From Gammaproteobacteria bacterium (GTDB taxonomy: Bacteria > Pseudomonadota > Gammaproteobacteria > DSM-16500): 64,000 nucleotides of DNA. Location: the NCBI GenBank assembly GCA_013288655.1, contig JABDBK010000002.1:2390-66389 (forward strand), in the 5' to 3' direction. Shown here piece by piece: positions 1 to 9,756 of this stretch. Within the stretch, counting starts at the first letter, position 1; each line of letters opens with the position of its first letter. Position numbers and translations under genes: made by a program. The notes beneath the pieces were generated by a model. It saw nothing but the letters and a program-made list of their open reading frames with translations. It did not search any database and was not told the DNA's origin.

Positions 1-242
1 GTTCTAATGACGCAAAAAATGCAGTTGCAAGCACCGCCAATACAAAAGTCCAAAGACGTATGTGAAATAACAAAAAAAGCAAAGGAAAACATGCTCTAAA
101 ATCGACGAAAAAAAATTTTACACTTCTTGCGGTATCACGCCAATGTGCCATAAGATATCCTCAATGAATGACTTTTATTATACACACTGAGACTTATATT
201 TCACTAGCACATAGAACTTGAATACTCGATAATAGTCATACT

Positions 243-728
243 ATGATTGAAACGGATTCAGGAATGGCAACCAAATTTACATCTATTATACTCTTATCGC
301 TTATGCTTTGTGCATGTGCAACACCGCCGCCGCACGACCCACCAGACAATGCTAGCAGCGCGCTTGCTGAAGCTTCTTATGCTGTCAGTCGATCCATTTC
401 TAATCTCACAGAAGTGGCACAAGCCGCTCATCCTATGCCAGAAATGCCAGTTTCGCCAAGTCCTGCAAGCTATGGCATGTCAGGCTTAACCTCTGTCGAT
501 TGGTCAGGTCCTGTTGAACCCCTCGTCAGACAAATTGCAAAGTCAGTCAATTATCGCATCCGCGTACTTGGCAGAGCGCCAGCTATTCCTGTGATGGTCA
601 GTGTATACGATAAAAACATGATGGTAGCCGATATTTTACGCGATGTAGGTTATCAATGCGGCCGACGCGCAGCCGTCGTGGTTTATCCCGATAGCCGAGT
701 GATAGAATTACGCTATGCTAAAAACTAG
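243..728 (+). CDS. dotD: Dot/Icm T4BSS outer-membrane lipoprotein DotD
   Basis: N-terminal signal with a lipobox-like LMLCAC. The 3' end overlaps dotC by 14 nt, and the gene is first in a dotD-dotC-dotB order. Start is uncertain (ATG 243 or ATG 264). Confidence 0.8.
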   Translation: MIETDSGMATKFTSIILLSLMLCACATPPPHDPPDNASSALAEASYAVSRSISNLTEVAQAAHPMPEMPVSPSPASYGMSGLTSVDWSGPVEPLVRQIAKSVNYRIRVLGRAPAIPVMVSVYDKNMMVADILRDVGYQCGRRAAVVVYPDSRVIELRYAKN

Positions 729-1539
729 GACGCTTATTATCATGCTTTGTCTGATGAGCTTGCTCACAGGCTGTTTTAGCAAAAAAAAACAAGAAATAGA
801 TCCTACAAATTTACAACACCTTGAAGACCTGCGTACAGAAGCCGATCCCACATCTGAACCCTTATTCAATACGACGCAAATACGCACAAAAGCTTTAAAA
901 GATACTGCGATGAGCCTTGGTGCCCAAGGCGGGCTTGCCACTGCTTCACAAAAAATCAATCAACGCCTGGAAAAAGATAAATGGTATCTGGAAACCATTT
1001 ATAATTTTAATGGCATGATGTTAAGTCATGGCGTATTACCTCCCGTATTAGCTGAAGGCGATAATAGTTTAAATTTAGACGATCCAACGACTATTCGAAT
1101 TTCAGATAAAACATACAAAATTATTGCTCAAGCGCGTTTTGCAACCACGCCGCCGAATTGGCGTGAATATCTTTGGATGAGCTATAACAAACCCGACATA
1201 CCGCATAAATTTCTCATGCCTAGAAATGATGAAGAAAGTCGTGTATGGAAAAAAGCCATCAATCTAGGTTGGGAAAAAGGAACACAACAAGCGGCTAGCA
1301 TTTTTCAACAAAATCTGGCGCGTTTAAAACGTGATTACAATGGCATGATTCTTTATCGTAAACTCTTACAACAACATATGGTCAGCGCACCTTATGTGTC
1401 AAAAACTGAATTAGGTGTCACAGGGGATGGCTCAGATATGCGTATCAACGATCAAGTCTTACGTATCACTGAATTGCCAAAATTACAAACCAATAGTGAA
1501 AACTGGAAAGCCATTGTGGTGAGACAACATGACAACTGA
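715..1539 (+). CDS. dotC: Dot/Icm T4BSS lipoprotein DotC
   Basis: Lipoprotein signal MSLLTGC. Sits between dotD and dotB and overlaps both, which suggests translational coupling. Confidence 0.8.
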   Translation: MLKTRTLIIMLCLMSLLTGCFSKKKQEIDPTNLQHLEDLRTEADPTSEPLFNTTQIRTKALKDTAMSLGAQGGLATASQKINQRLEKDKWYLETIYNFNGMMLSHGVLPPVLAEGDNSLNLDDPTTIRISDKTYKIIAQARFATTPPNWREYLWMSYNKPDIPHKFLMPRNDEESRVWKKAINLGWEKGTQQAASIFQQNLARLKRDYNGMILYRKLLQQHMVSAPYVSKTELGVTGDGSDMRINDQVLRITELPKLQTNSENWKAIVVRQHDN

Positions 1540-2668
1540 TTTTATTTTTCCACAAGAACCGATACGACTATCCATGGATTCAGTCAATGAAATTTTAATG
1601 CATTGCGTCAATAATGGTGCATCTGATATCACTTTTCAAACCGATGAATCCATTTTTGCTGAAATTTATGGCCGCTTAAAAAAAGTCACGCGCCGCCGCT
1701 TGTCCAATACTGAACTGGGTGAAATTATTAATTCCATGTATGGACCTAACGGTACCGCGCAACTTATGTCCGGCAAAGACGTCGATACCCATTACGAAAT
1801 TCGTCCTAACCGCACGGATCGCTATCGTTTTCGTATCAATGCTACCGCTTGCCTGGTCGAAGGCCATGATGGCATACAAATCACGGCAAGAACAATTCCT
1901 AGTGATCCACCCACCTTGCAAAGCATGAATTTACCACAACAAATCGTGGATGCTATCGCACCTGAACAAGGTGTAGTCTATGTCACGGGTGCTACAGGTT
2001 CCGGTAAAAGTACTTTATTGGCAGCGATCATTCGTCATATCGCTGAAAATCCTGAAAGTCATCGCAAAATTTTGACCTATGAATCGCCTATTGAATTTGT
2101 GTATGACAATATCGAAACCATCTCTGCTATAGTCAGTCAATCCGAAATTCCAAGACATCTACCTAGCTTTGCTGCTGGTGTACGTAATGCCTTACGTCGA
2201 AAACCCCGACTCATACTCGTCGGCGAATCACGTGATGTTGAAACCATTAGCGCCACCATGGAAGCTGCCATGACTGGTCATCCGGTTTATACAACCTTGC
2301 ATAGCAGTAATGTGTCTGAAACTGTGAGACGTCTCGTAACTACCTATCCTGCAGAAGAACGCGCTGGACGTACTATCGATTTAATTGAAACTATGCGGTT
2401 GATTATTTCACAACGTTTAGCGCCTACCGTCGATGGTAAACGCGTAGCTTTGCGTGAATACCTCGTATTTGATGAAAAGATCCGCGATGCATTGCTAGAC
2501 ACTGACCCAAACAACATCACGGCCATGGTCAGAAAAATGGTACGCGAACAAGGCCGCACCATGGCTTCCGATGCTAAAGAAAAATTCGATGCAGGATTGA
2601 TATCGGAGCGTGTGTATGGCGTGATTGCGGAGCAGGAAAAAAGAGAAGATAAAGAAATAAGACATTAA
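1529..2668 (+). CDS. dotB: Dot/Icm T4BSS ATPase DotB (PilT/VirB11-like)
   Basis: Walker A GATGSGKST and a PilT-like secretion ATPase core (LVGESRD, TLHS motifs). Position follows dotC. Confidence 0.9.
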   Translation: MTTDFIFPQEPIRLSMDSVNEILMHCVNNGASDITFQTDESIFAEIYGRLKKVTRRRLSNTELGEIINSMYGPNGTAQLMSGKDVDTHYEIRPNRTDRYRFRINATACLVEGHDGIQITARTIPSDPPTLQSMNLPQQIVDAIAPEQGVVYVTGATGSGKSTLLAAIIRHIAENPESHRKILTYESPIEFVYDNIETISAIVSQSEIPRHLPSFAAGVRNALRRKPRLILVGESRDVETISATMEAAMTGHPVYTTLHSSNVSETVRRLVTTYPAEERAGRTIDLIETMRLIISQRLAPTVDGKRVALREYLVFDEKIRDALLDTDPNNITAMVRKMVREQGRTMASDAKEKFDAGLISERVYGVIAEQEKREDKEIRH

Positions 2669-2690
2669 TCAACAACATGAATCTATCTAT

Positions 2691-5231
2691 TTACACCGGC
2701 GGTGGTCCCGGAGGAGGTTTTATTGCCATGCCGCCGCCTTCTTCTCCTTTTTTGCCTTTAGCAAGAGTCTGTGCCATTCCAGTAGCAGCTTCCGCTGTTC
2801 CCTTGCCAGCTTGTGCCAGACCACCTGCCGCACCTTCGACGGCTTGTTTCATCGCCTGGGCCGCCTGGCCTTCACCATATTGCATAGCTTGACCGCCAAT
2901 ATAGGTCAGAATGCGTTCTGGAATATGATGGATAAGCGTAAATACTTGATTGATAGAGGTAAAAATAATAGATGCAAAAATGGCAATAAAGATAATTTGT
3001 TCCACCAAGCCAGGCGAAAGCGTCATCACATCATACAGCACATACTGAAAGCCCATACAAATGAATTTAATTACGACATTTGCTAACATGGCAGCTATAA
3101 GCAAACCAAATACCATCAAGCTAGGCCGTAAAAATAAATTAAAAATAATCATCACTGAAGGTTCTGCACGACCAAAGACTTCGCTTTGTCCACCTGGACT
3201 TATAATACCAAGTGCTATAATGGGCGCTGCAATCATGGCTTCAATAACGGCAATAAACCAACCTATGACCGAGGCCGTAAAGACAACATAAGGTATCATA
3301 GGTATATACATACCTAATAAAGCACCCATGGTCATGAGCGCACCCAAAAGTAAATACAAAGCAGGATACAAAATACTCGTTAATGCTTTAAATACCTCTA
3401 ATGGGACTGTAATATTACCCACACCCAATACTACCGCTTCACTGATCGAGAGAGTAGCAGCTGCTAAAACACCTATAATTATAAGCAATACATAAAACAC
3501 TTGCGCAATAATCAATAAATTTTGTCCAAAAGTCGCGATCAGCAAAAGAGGCGAATTACGATGAACACCTGGGTTAAGTGCTGCGGCTCCTTGCAACATC
3601 TGCATAAAATCGTCAACCAAGGTGCCATTAACGCTATTAAGTGGGCCACTAAACATTGATGCACTGCTCGGCAAGGAAGAACCTGTACTTGAGCCCCCTC
3701 CTCCTGATGAGCCGCCACCGCTACTGCCACCACCACTACTGCCGCCGCCACCAGTCACCGCGGCTATGTCTTGTAAAAATTGACCTGCTGCCGTGTAATT
3801 ACTGCGATATGTATTCTGCATCACCTCGTCTTGCGGCGTAGATACAGAAAACGGCATCATATTTTTTGATAGGGAGTTTGCTACTAAACCTACTACTTTA
3901 TAAAAATACGTACCTGCTGTGATCCAACCATAACCTTTGGCCTGATCTGGATCAAACTTCTTGTTATCGTTAAGAGGATTATTACCTGGTTCCCCAGCAA
4001 TATCGTTAGCTACTTTCAAAAGTGCGTTTGTATACTGATTTGACGTACTTGTTATAAAATCCACAACGCTAAGTTGACCCGGGGAGAGACTTGAGAAATC
4101 GACTGGAGGAGTAGTCCCTCCTGCCAAAATAGGCAAAATCGCCCAACGCTCAGCCCATGCTAATTCAGAATTCGAGCCAATACTCATGCCGTTAGATACT
4201 TGACCCGCAGTCTGATAAGGTTTGGGAAACGTTCGAATAGCTGAAGGCGGCGTCTCCGGCAAACAATAGGTGGGAGAAGGGGGAGGTGGTGCTTGTGCCG
4301 GCGGCACACAACAAGTCGCGTTCTCTTCTTTTATCGATAGATTATTCTTTCCACAATATCCTTCAATCCAGCCCGTGGCCTTAGGGGTACGATGATCACC
4401 CATTTGATTAGCTGTATAATAAAAAACAAGATACTGACTATCTGCCAACTTAAACTTTTCTGCGAAATTTCTTAATGTAGGTAATATCGTATTGGCTAGA
4501 ACCTCATTTTGTGCCTGACAAAGCTTACACGCTCCTGCGTCTGGTTGGTTGGCACACTGGGTCGATACGCTGCATTTTGTCAATACTCCACAAACACCGT
4601 TAAGGCCTATTTGATAGGTTGTGCTATTATAATCAAAGTTATTAGGAACATGTTGATCAGGAGGAATAGGAGGATGAAAATTTATTTCGCTATCCGCCGG
4701 TACAACAGGACCCATTAGAGATGTTTGTTCACACACAAGACTTGAAAAAAGGGTTTGCATTTGCGTACTCACGCCAATCATCGAGTTCGTCGTACCTGCT
4801 ACAGACTGATCGGATGGGGTCCCAAATACCGTAGAAGCGACAGCAGAGGTCACAGCAGCACTCCATAAAGTATCTGCCGCTCCGATACCCTGTACGATGA
4901 TCCACATAATCACAACTTGTATCATGGAATAGCCGCTGGCCGCGGGAAAAAGACTTGCGACACCTGCAACCATGCGTATAGGTACCCACAAGCCGCTCCA
5001 TTTTTTACCTAAAAACTCACCCTCATGTGCCGTCATCATGAGTCCCACTACCGTGGTATAAATCACGATGATAGCGCCTACCGTCAATGCAATCGTGTTT
5101 ATCGTCAAAAAAAGCGCTGTCATGAAATTACTGGACTCGCCTGGCAAAACACTCCCTACAGCACCAAAAATTTGGCTGAGAAAAAACATTGATTGATCAT
5201 TAGCAGGGATAGTAAAAAGATTAGCAGGCAT
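2691..5231 (-). CDS. dotA: Dot/Icm T4BSS polytopic membrane protein DotA
   Basis: The N-terminal region (FLSQIFGAVG...MMTAHEGEFLGKKWSGLWVPIR...SGYSMIQVVIMWIIVQGIGAADTLW) closely resembles the L. pneumophila DotA N-terminus as I recall it. The C-terminal half has multiple TM segments. Overlaps the icmV stop as TAATG. Confidence 0.9.
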   Translation of the reverse strand: MPANLFTIPANDQSMFFLSQIFGAVGSVLPGESSNFMTALFLTINTIALTVGAIIVIYTTVVGLMMTAHEGEFLGKKWSGLWVPIRMVAGVASLFPAASGYSMIQVVIMWIIVQGIGAADTLWSAAVTSAVASTVFGTPSDQSVAGTTNSMIGVSTQMQTLFSSLVCEQTSLMGPVVPADSEINFHPPIPPDQHVPNNFDYNSTTYQIGLNGVCGVLTKCSVSTQCANQPDAGACKLCQAQNEVLANTILPTLRNFAEKFKLADSQYLVFYYTANQMGDHRTPKATGWIEGYCGKNNLSIKEENATCCVPPAQAPPPPSPTYCLPETPPSAIRTFPKPYQTAGQVSNGMSIGSNSELAWAERWAILPILAGGTTPPVDFSSLSPGQLSVVDFITSTSNQYTNALLKVANDIAGEPGNNPLNDNKKFDPDQAKGYGWITAGTYFYKVVGLVANSLSKNMMPFSVSTPQDEVMQNTYRSNYTAAGQFLQDIAAVTGGGGSSGGGSSGGGSSGGGGSSTGSSLPSSASMFSGPLNSVNGTLVDDFMQMLQGAAALNPGVHRNSPLLLIATFGQNLLIIAQVFYVLLIIIGVLAAATLSISEAVVLGVGNITVPLEVFKALTSILYPALYLLLGALMTMGALLGMYIPMIPYVVFTASVIGWFIAVIEAMIAAPIIALGIISPGGQSEVFGRAEPSVMIIFNLFLRPSLMVFGLLIAAMLANVVIKFICMGFQYVLYDVMTLSPGLVEQIIFIAIFASIIFTSINQVFTLIHHIPERILTYIGGQAMQYGEGQAAQAMKQAVEGAAGGLAQAGKGTAEAATGMAQTLAKGKKGEEGGGMAIKPPPGPPPV

Positions 5232-5689
5232 TAAGTCGCATCCTTATCTACCATAGGACGACCATTCCACCACTCAGCAAACGTGCAACCTAATTTGCGA
5301 TGCTTGATTTGAAAATGCCAAAAATGAAAACGAAAAGCGTAAGAAAGTAAAATAGCAACACATGCCATGGCCAGCACAAACCCAGAAAATTTTCCATAGC
5401 CTATAAGAAAAATGAATGCTGCCACAAAAGTGATCGCTGCAATGATCACAAAAAAAATAGCATAAAATAAATACGTTTCTGAAACCTGTTTAACATCTTC
5501 ATCTGTGACATTAAATCGTTGCATGGCTTCATCAAAAGTTTCGGTACGTTCTGGTTTTGCGGTTGTGCTGATATCTTTTAGATTGCCCCAGATGATTCTA
5601 TTGTAAGTTTTAAGCTCATTATAACCCAGCCAGCCTGCTGGATTAAAAAAAGTCTTGCGTGTGATTTTGAATGCATCTTTGATAGCCAT
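5231..5689 (-). CDS. icmV: Dot/Icm protein IcmV
   Basis: Small membrane protein with the C-terminal motif FRFHFWHFQIKHRKLGCTFAEWW, characteristic of IcmV. Lies directly upstream of dotA. Confidence 0.85.
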   Translation of the reverse strand: MAIKDAFKITRKTFFNPAGWLGYNELKTYNRIIWGNLKDISTTAKPERTETFDEAMQRFNVTDEDVKQVSETYLFYAIFFVIIAAITFVAAFIFLIGYGKFSGFVLAMACVAILLSYAFRFHFWHFQIKHRKLGCTFAEWWNGRPMVDKDAT

Positions 5690-5800
5690 AAGAACATCCA
5701 GATAAATTCGTTTTACCTTACCATTCGTTTATCGAAAAAACAACCGCCGCTCGCTCTTGCTCTGGAAGTTTTCTCAAGTATACTTAAGCGAGAGGTGTAT

Positions 5801-6250
5801 ATGCCAAATTTAGACCTGCCATCTTCACATGCTTTTTGGAAACAATACGATGACCCTATGATTTATCGGGTCATTGCATTTATGGAAAGTGTCGAAAATT
5901 GGTCAATGGACGGCAATCCTGAGCTTGAAGCAGCCATACATGAACTAGGCAATCAACTCGAACAGCTCGCCCGTTTCGAGTTAAGCAAAGAAGAGTCTTT
6001 TATTTCTCTTTGTGCCCATATCAAAACTTCACGCATTTTACGTCTATTACAAGCCATTGACACTATCGATCCTGGTTCTGCTTCCAAAGTTTTAATGTTT
6101 GCGGAAGAAAATAATACGCCTGAAAATCTCGTTGCTGGGCTTTTTTTACGCCGTAACATTGTATTCGAACGTTTACGACTTTTAGCTCGTGTATTCTCAC
6201 CTCAACGTGTTGAGTTGGTCATGAAAGCCATGGAGCAAGAAAATGTATAA
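5801..6250 (+). CDS. icmW: Dot/Icm effector-chaperone component IcmW
   Basis: DPMIYRVIAFMESVENWSMDGNPE...LRLLQAIDTIDPGSASKVL...RNIVFERLRLL matches IcmW strongly. ATG 5801 is preferred over the GTG 5795 in the ORF track. Confidence 0.9.
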   Translation: MPNLDLPSSHAFWKQYDDPMIYRVIAFMESVENWSMDGNPELEAAIHELGNQLEQLARFELSKEESFISLCAHIKTSRILRLLQAIDTIDPGSASKVLMFAEENNTPENLVAGLFLRRNIVFERLRLLARVFSPQRVELVMKAMEQENV

Positions 6251-6737
6251 AACGATTGCAATCATGCTATTAACTGCCTTAACTTCCGTCGCTTTAGCAC
6301 AAGAATTTTCTTTTAATAAACCACCGGTGAGTACTAATCCATCATCCTCGTCTTCCAGCATGACTCCGGCAAGAGAACCCACACTTTCTTCCACCGATTT
6401 TGCTAATAGCTCCGTCAATGCCTATCAAGAACAACAAGCAAAAGTTTCTGCATTAGCAGCGCAACAACTTAAAGACACTCAAATGAACAGGGCTGCCAGC
6501 ATACCCAAACCGGCACCAGGAACCATGCAAAAACCTGCTGCAACGATAGAACCGCCTAAATCTATCATCAATCAAGAACATCCTGCTATCAATGCAAACC
6601 CTTTACCTGCAGCAGCAACGCCGCCAGCAACCCAACCTTACACAGGTTTTCAAAACCCGAGTACCAGCACCCCTAATCGACCCGCACCTAACAATAATCA
6701 AAATTCCAGTGGATGGGGATCAAGCATCAAATATTAA
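6243..6737 (+). CDS. Secreted Pro/Ser/Gln-rich hypothetical protein between icmW and icmX
   Basis: Signal peptide MYKTIAIMLLTALTSVALAQE followed by low-complexity P/S/Q/A-rich sequence. Overlaps the icmW stop by 8 nt. Confidence 0.5.
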   Translation: MYKTIAIMLLTALTSVALAQEFSFNKPPVSTNPSSSSSSMTPAREPTLSSTDFANSSVNAYQEQQAKVSALAAQQLKDTQMNRAASIPKPAPGTMQKPAATIEPPKSIINQEHPAINANPLPAAATPPATQPYTGFQNPSTSTPNRPAPNNNQNSSGWGSSIKY

Positions 6738-6755
6738 TATCTTGAAGGAATGTTT

Positions 6756-7802
6756 ATGATAAAAGCTCAAATAAAATATGTTCTCCTGATCACCGCTATC
6801 GTAAGCATAGGCTGCCTGGCTGTATCCTACGCAGATTCTTTTACAGATGCGGCGGCTGGCAATAACAATCCGTCTGGCGGCAGTGCCTCAGCTTCGGGAC
6901 AAGCCAATACTCAAGCTTATGATCTATTAACTGAAGCCCAAGCGACTGCGCAATCTAGCAATAGCACTGCCGATGATACCAGGAAAAACAGCCCTTCGGA
7001 TTATCCGCATCAAATCGCAGATAATGCCTATGCATTTTTAAAAGCATTTAATTATTATTCCCTTAATTGGCTACAAATTTATTCCACGCCAAGCTCCAAT
7101 GATTTAGATAGTCTATTCGGCAGCTACATCACCTCTGCCCACAAAACTTTCAAAAATCAATTGGCTTTACTCACAGGCGGTTCACTCATCGTGGAAGGCA
7201 AAAATAATGACACAACGGTTTCGGTTCCTTCTCTTTATGCACTCGATAAACAGACACTTTCCATTTATGCGACCAGCATCCCTTCCCCTGATACCAATTA
7301 TGCAACCTTAGTCAAACAAAATGCAAAAGATACACCCGTTCCTCAAGACATCAAACTCAATGCTCAATATTTTGTAAAAAATGCTTCGGGTATCAATCTT
7401 TATCACATTGCACCATCTTCTCTACAGGCTGGCACAAATGCTCTGGCCGTAAGAAAATACACCACGTTTTACAATGCACTTAATGCTATTGCAAGTTATA
7501 ACGCTTATATTTTAAACGGACATCTCGCCGACCTGCAAAACAACTTCAAATTAAGCCAAACACAAATGGAATTACAAAATTATGCTACCGACAATAAATG
7601 GTTAACTCATGTCAATAACGAACAATCCATTGGTGTCATTTTGCGTCAATTATTATTGTTTAATTCACAAATGTACGTTCTTATGACAGAGTCTTTAGCA
7701 ACTCAAAAACAACTATTGGCTTCAGCAGCCATGACTAACGCGCTCATTATTGCTAATAGTGGATTTTATGAAAAAACCTTGCTTGACGCGACTAAAAAAT
7801 AA
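6756..7802 (+). CDS. icmX: Dot/Icm periplasmic protein IcmX (short form)
   Basis: Positional call: it follows icmW as in known Dot/Icm loci. It has a signal peptide (LLITAIVSIGCLAVSYADS). A GAAGGA Shine-Dalgarno sits 6 nt before ATG 6756, whereas the ORF track starts at 6750. Confidence 0.6.
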   Translation: MIKAQIKYVLLITAIVSIGCLAVSYADSFTDAAAGNNNPSGGSASASGQANTQAYDLLTEAQATAQSSNSTADDTRKNSPSDYPHQIADNAYAFLKAFNYYSLNWLQIYSTPSSNDLDSLFGSYITSAHKTFKNQLALLTGGSLIVEGKNNDTTVSVPSLYALDKQTLSIYATSIPSPDTNYATLVKQNAKDTPVPQDIKLNAQYFVKNASGINLYHIAPSSLQAGTNALAVRKYTTFYNALNAIASYNAYILNGHLADLQNNFKLSQTQMELQNYATDNKWLTHVNNEQSIGVILRQLLLFNSQMYVLMTESLATQKQLLASAAMTNALIIANSGFYEKTLLDATKK

Positions 7803-7806
7803 GCGG

Positions 7807-8688
7807 TCACTCCACGTTTTGTACTTGTTCGCGCATCTGTTCAATAAGCACCTTTAATTCAACAGATGCACGAGTCGTATCTACATCCGTCGATTTTGCA
7901 CCCAGGGTATTTGCTTCGCGATTCAATTCCTGCATTAAAAAATCTAATCTTCGTCCAACGACACCACCATGTTTTAAAATGCGTCTGATTTCAGAAATAT
8001 GCGTATCGATGCGCTCCAACTCTTCTGAGACATCAATTTTTTGGGAAAAAATTAAGATTTCTGACTCAAGCCTGCCAGCATCTAATTCGATTTTGACTTC
8101 ACTAAAACGTGCGACTAAACGCTCCCGTTGCAATTTCAAAATATCAGGCATATGTTGGCGCACTTTTGCAACTTCTGCTTTCATACTGTCTAATCGTTGC
8201 AAAAATAGTTGTTTTAATTCTGTTCCTTCACGTTCGCGCGCTGAAACTAAATCTTGCAAAGTTTTTTCGAGCAACTTAATCACTGCATCTTCAATGAGTT
8301 CAAAATCCACTTCTGCCATTTGCAAAATCCCAGGCCAGCGTAGAATCTCCATGGTCTGGACCGGCGCAACTTTAACCAGGGCATTTTGATTCAATAATTC
8401 GGCAACGGTTTCATTGGCCTTACACAGTTGCTCTGCAAGATGATGATTGATAGTAATTTCCGAACCTGAAACATCGCCAGGTTGATAGCGCAAATGACAT
8501 TCAATTTTACCCCGTTTTATAAAACGTCTCAGACATTCTCGCATCGGCACTTCTAATTCATGCAAATTATCTGGCAAACGAACCATAAGCTCTAGATAGC
8601 GATGATTAATAGAACGTAATTCACATATGGCTGTACCCCAGGAGCCTTCTGCTTGTCCTCTTGCGAATGCTGTCATGCTTTGAATCAT
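7807..8688 (-). CDS. yicC: YicC-family stress-induced protein
   Basis: MIQSMTAFARGQ... N-terminus and the C-terminal GRRLDFLMQELNREANTLGAKS motif are typical of YicC. Confidence 0.85.
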   Translation of the reverse strand: MIQSMTAFARGQAEGSWGTAICELRSINHRYLELMVRLPDNLHELEVPMRECLRRFIKRGKIECHLRYQPGDVSGSEITINHHLAEQLCKANETVAELLNQNALVKVAPVQTMEILRWPGILQMAEVDFELIEDAVIKLLEKTLQDLVSAREREGTELKQLFLQRLDSMKAEVAKVRQHMPDILKLQRERLVARFSEVKIELDAGRLESEILIFSQKIDVSEELERIDTHISEIRRILKHGGVVGRRLDFLMQELNREANTLGAKSTDVDTTRASVELKVLIEQMREQVQNVE

Positions 8689-8781
8689 AAAATTATTCCT
8701 GACTGAAGTTATATGCATATTATCATATTGATTTTTAGCGTCTATAATGTCAGCCTTTATAACTACTCAAAAAGGGTTACC

Positions 8782-9498
8782 ATGCGTCCTAGCCAAAGAG
8801 AAAATAATCAATTGCGCGATATTCGTCTGACTCGGAACTACACAAAACATGCAGAAGGTTCTGTATTAGTTGAATTTGGCGAAACTAAAGTCATTTGCAC
8901 TGCCACATGGACACCTGGTGTACCTTATTTTCTTAAAGACTCTGGCAAAGGATGGGTCACAGCGGAATACGGTATGCTGCCTCGTTCTACGCATGAACGT
9001 ATACAACGCGAAGCTGCCAAGGGTAAGCAAGCGGGAAGGACGCAAGAAATTCAACGCTTGATTGCACGCTCTTTACGGGCTGCTATGGATTTGAATGCCT
9101 TAGGCGAAAATACTATCATTGTTGATTGCGATGTCATACAAGCTGATGGAGGAACACGTACAGCATCTATTACAGGCGGATGCCTCGCACTTTATGATGC
9201 GATTCAACAGATTAAACAAAAAGCCAAAATAAAAGCGGACCCATTCAAACAATTTATTGCATCTGTATCGGTCGGCATATGTAAGGGTACGGCTGTATTA
9301 GATTTGGATTATGCCGAAGATTCTTCTGCGGATACCGATATGAATGTCGTCATGACAGAGCATGGCGGCTTTATCGAAATTCAAGGTACGGCAGAAAAGG
9401 ATACTTTTCAGCAAGTTGATCTTGATCAATTATTGATATTAGCAAAAAGTGGGATTCAAATTTTGATTGAAAAGCAGCGAGCAGCGTTGAAGGCATGA
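8782..9498 (+). CDS. rph: Ribonuclease PH
   Basis: [41 protein letters not shown]...[15 protein letters not shown]...[18 protein letters not shown] is canonical RNase PH. The internal ATG at 8782 is the likely start. Confidence 0.95.
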   Translation: MRPSQRENNQLRDIRLTRNYTKHAEGSVLVEFGETKVICTATWTPGVPYFLKDSGKGWVTAEYGMLPRSTHERIQREAAKGKQAGRTQEIQRLIARSLRAAMDLNALGENTIIVDCDVIQADGGTRTASITGGCLALYDAIQQIKQKAKIKADPFKQFIASVSVGICKGTAVLDLDYAEDSSADTDMNVVMTEHGGFIEIQGTAEKDTFQQVDLDQLLILAKSGIQILIEKQRAALKA

Positions 9499-9510
9499 TT
9501 TTTGTCATAC

Positions 9511-9549
9511 TTCGTCATCCCGCGCTAAAAACATGCGCGGGATGACGAA
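9511..9549. terminator. 15-bp perfect stem hairpin (ttcgtcatcccgcgc / gcgcgggatgacgaa), bidirectional terminator candidate
   Basis: Read directly from the sequence. It lies between the convergent rph (+) and the 66-aa ORF (-) and has a 9-nt loop. Confidence 0.6.
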
Positions 9550-9555
9550 AATTAA

Positions 9556-9756
9556 TCACGGCTTCTTCAATGGATTGATATTAACTTCATCGTGAGAGGC
9601 TTCTTCTTTGGGAGTAGAAACACTTCCACGACTAAAAATACCAAAATTAGACAAGCCTTGCTTCTGCCGCTGATTGTACTGCGCAATGGTCTCATGGATA
9701 GCTTTGACGGCCATTTCATCATCAAACATTAATATTTTCCTAAAAGGCGCACTCAT
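9556..9756 (-). CDS. Hypothetical 66-aa protein
   Basis: ORF overlapping the upstream ORF's stop as ATGA. No family recognised. C-terminus is acidic (EEASHDE). Confidence 0.4.
   Translation of the reverse strand: MSAPFRKILMFDDEMAVKAIHETIAQYNQRQKQGLSNFGIFSRGSVSTPKEEASHDEVNINPLKKP

Noticed and set aside
1-96. Open frame running in from the left edge (…QAPPIQKSKDVCEITKKAKENML*)
   Set aside because: It is too short to identify, with no recognisable motif, and I cannot tell whether it is the 3' end of a gene (for example an icm gene upstream of dotD) or non-coding. Not reported.
2677-2892. 71-aa Pro/Ala-rich ORF on the plus strand after dotB
   Set aside because: It is antisense to the dotA 3' end and mirrors the Gly/Ala/Pro-rich DotA C-terminus. 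It is a shadow ORF.
5690-5800. Search for PmrA (TTAATATT-N2-TTAATATT) or CpxR (GTAAA-N5-GTAAA) sites in the icmV/icmW divergent promoter region, and likewise upstream of dotD and the orphan genes
   Set aside because: I found only partial, mis-spaced matches, such as ATAAAcgaatgGTAAGGTAAAA on the minus strand. Nothing is convincing without a position weight matrix scan.
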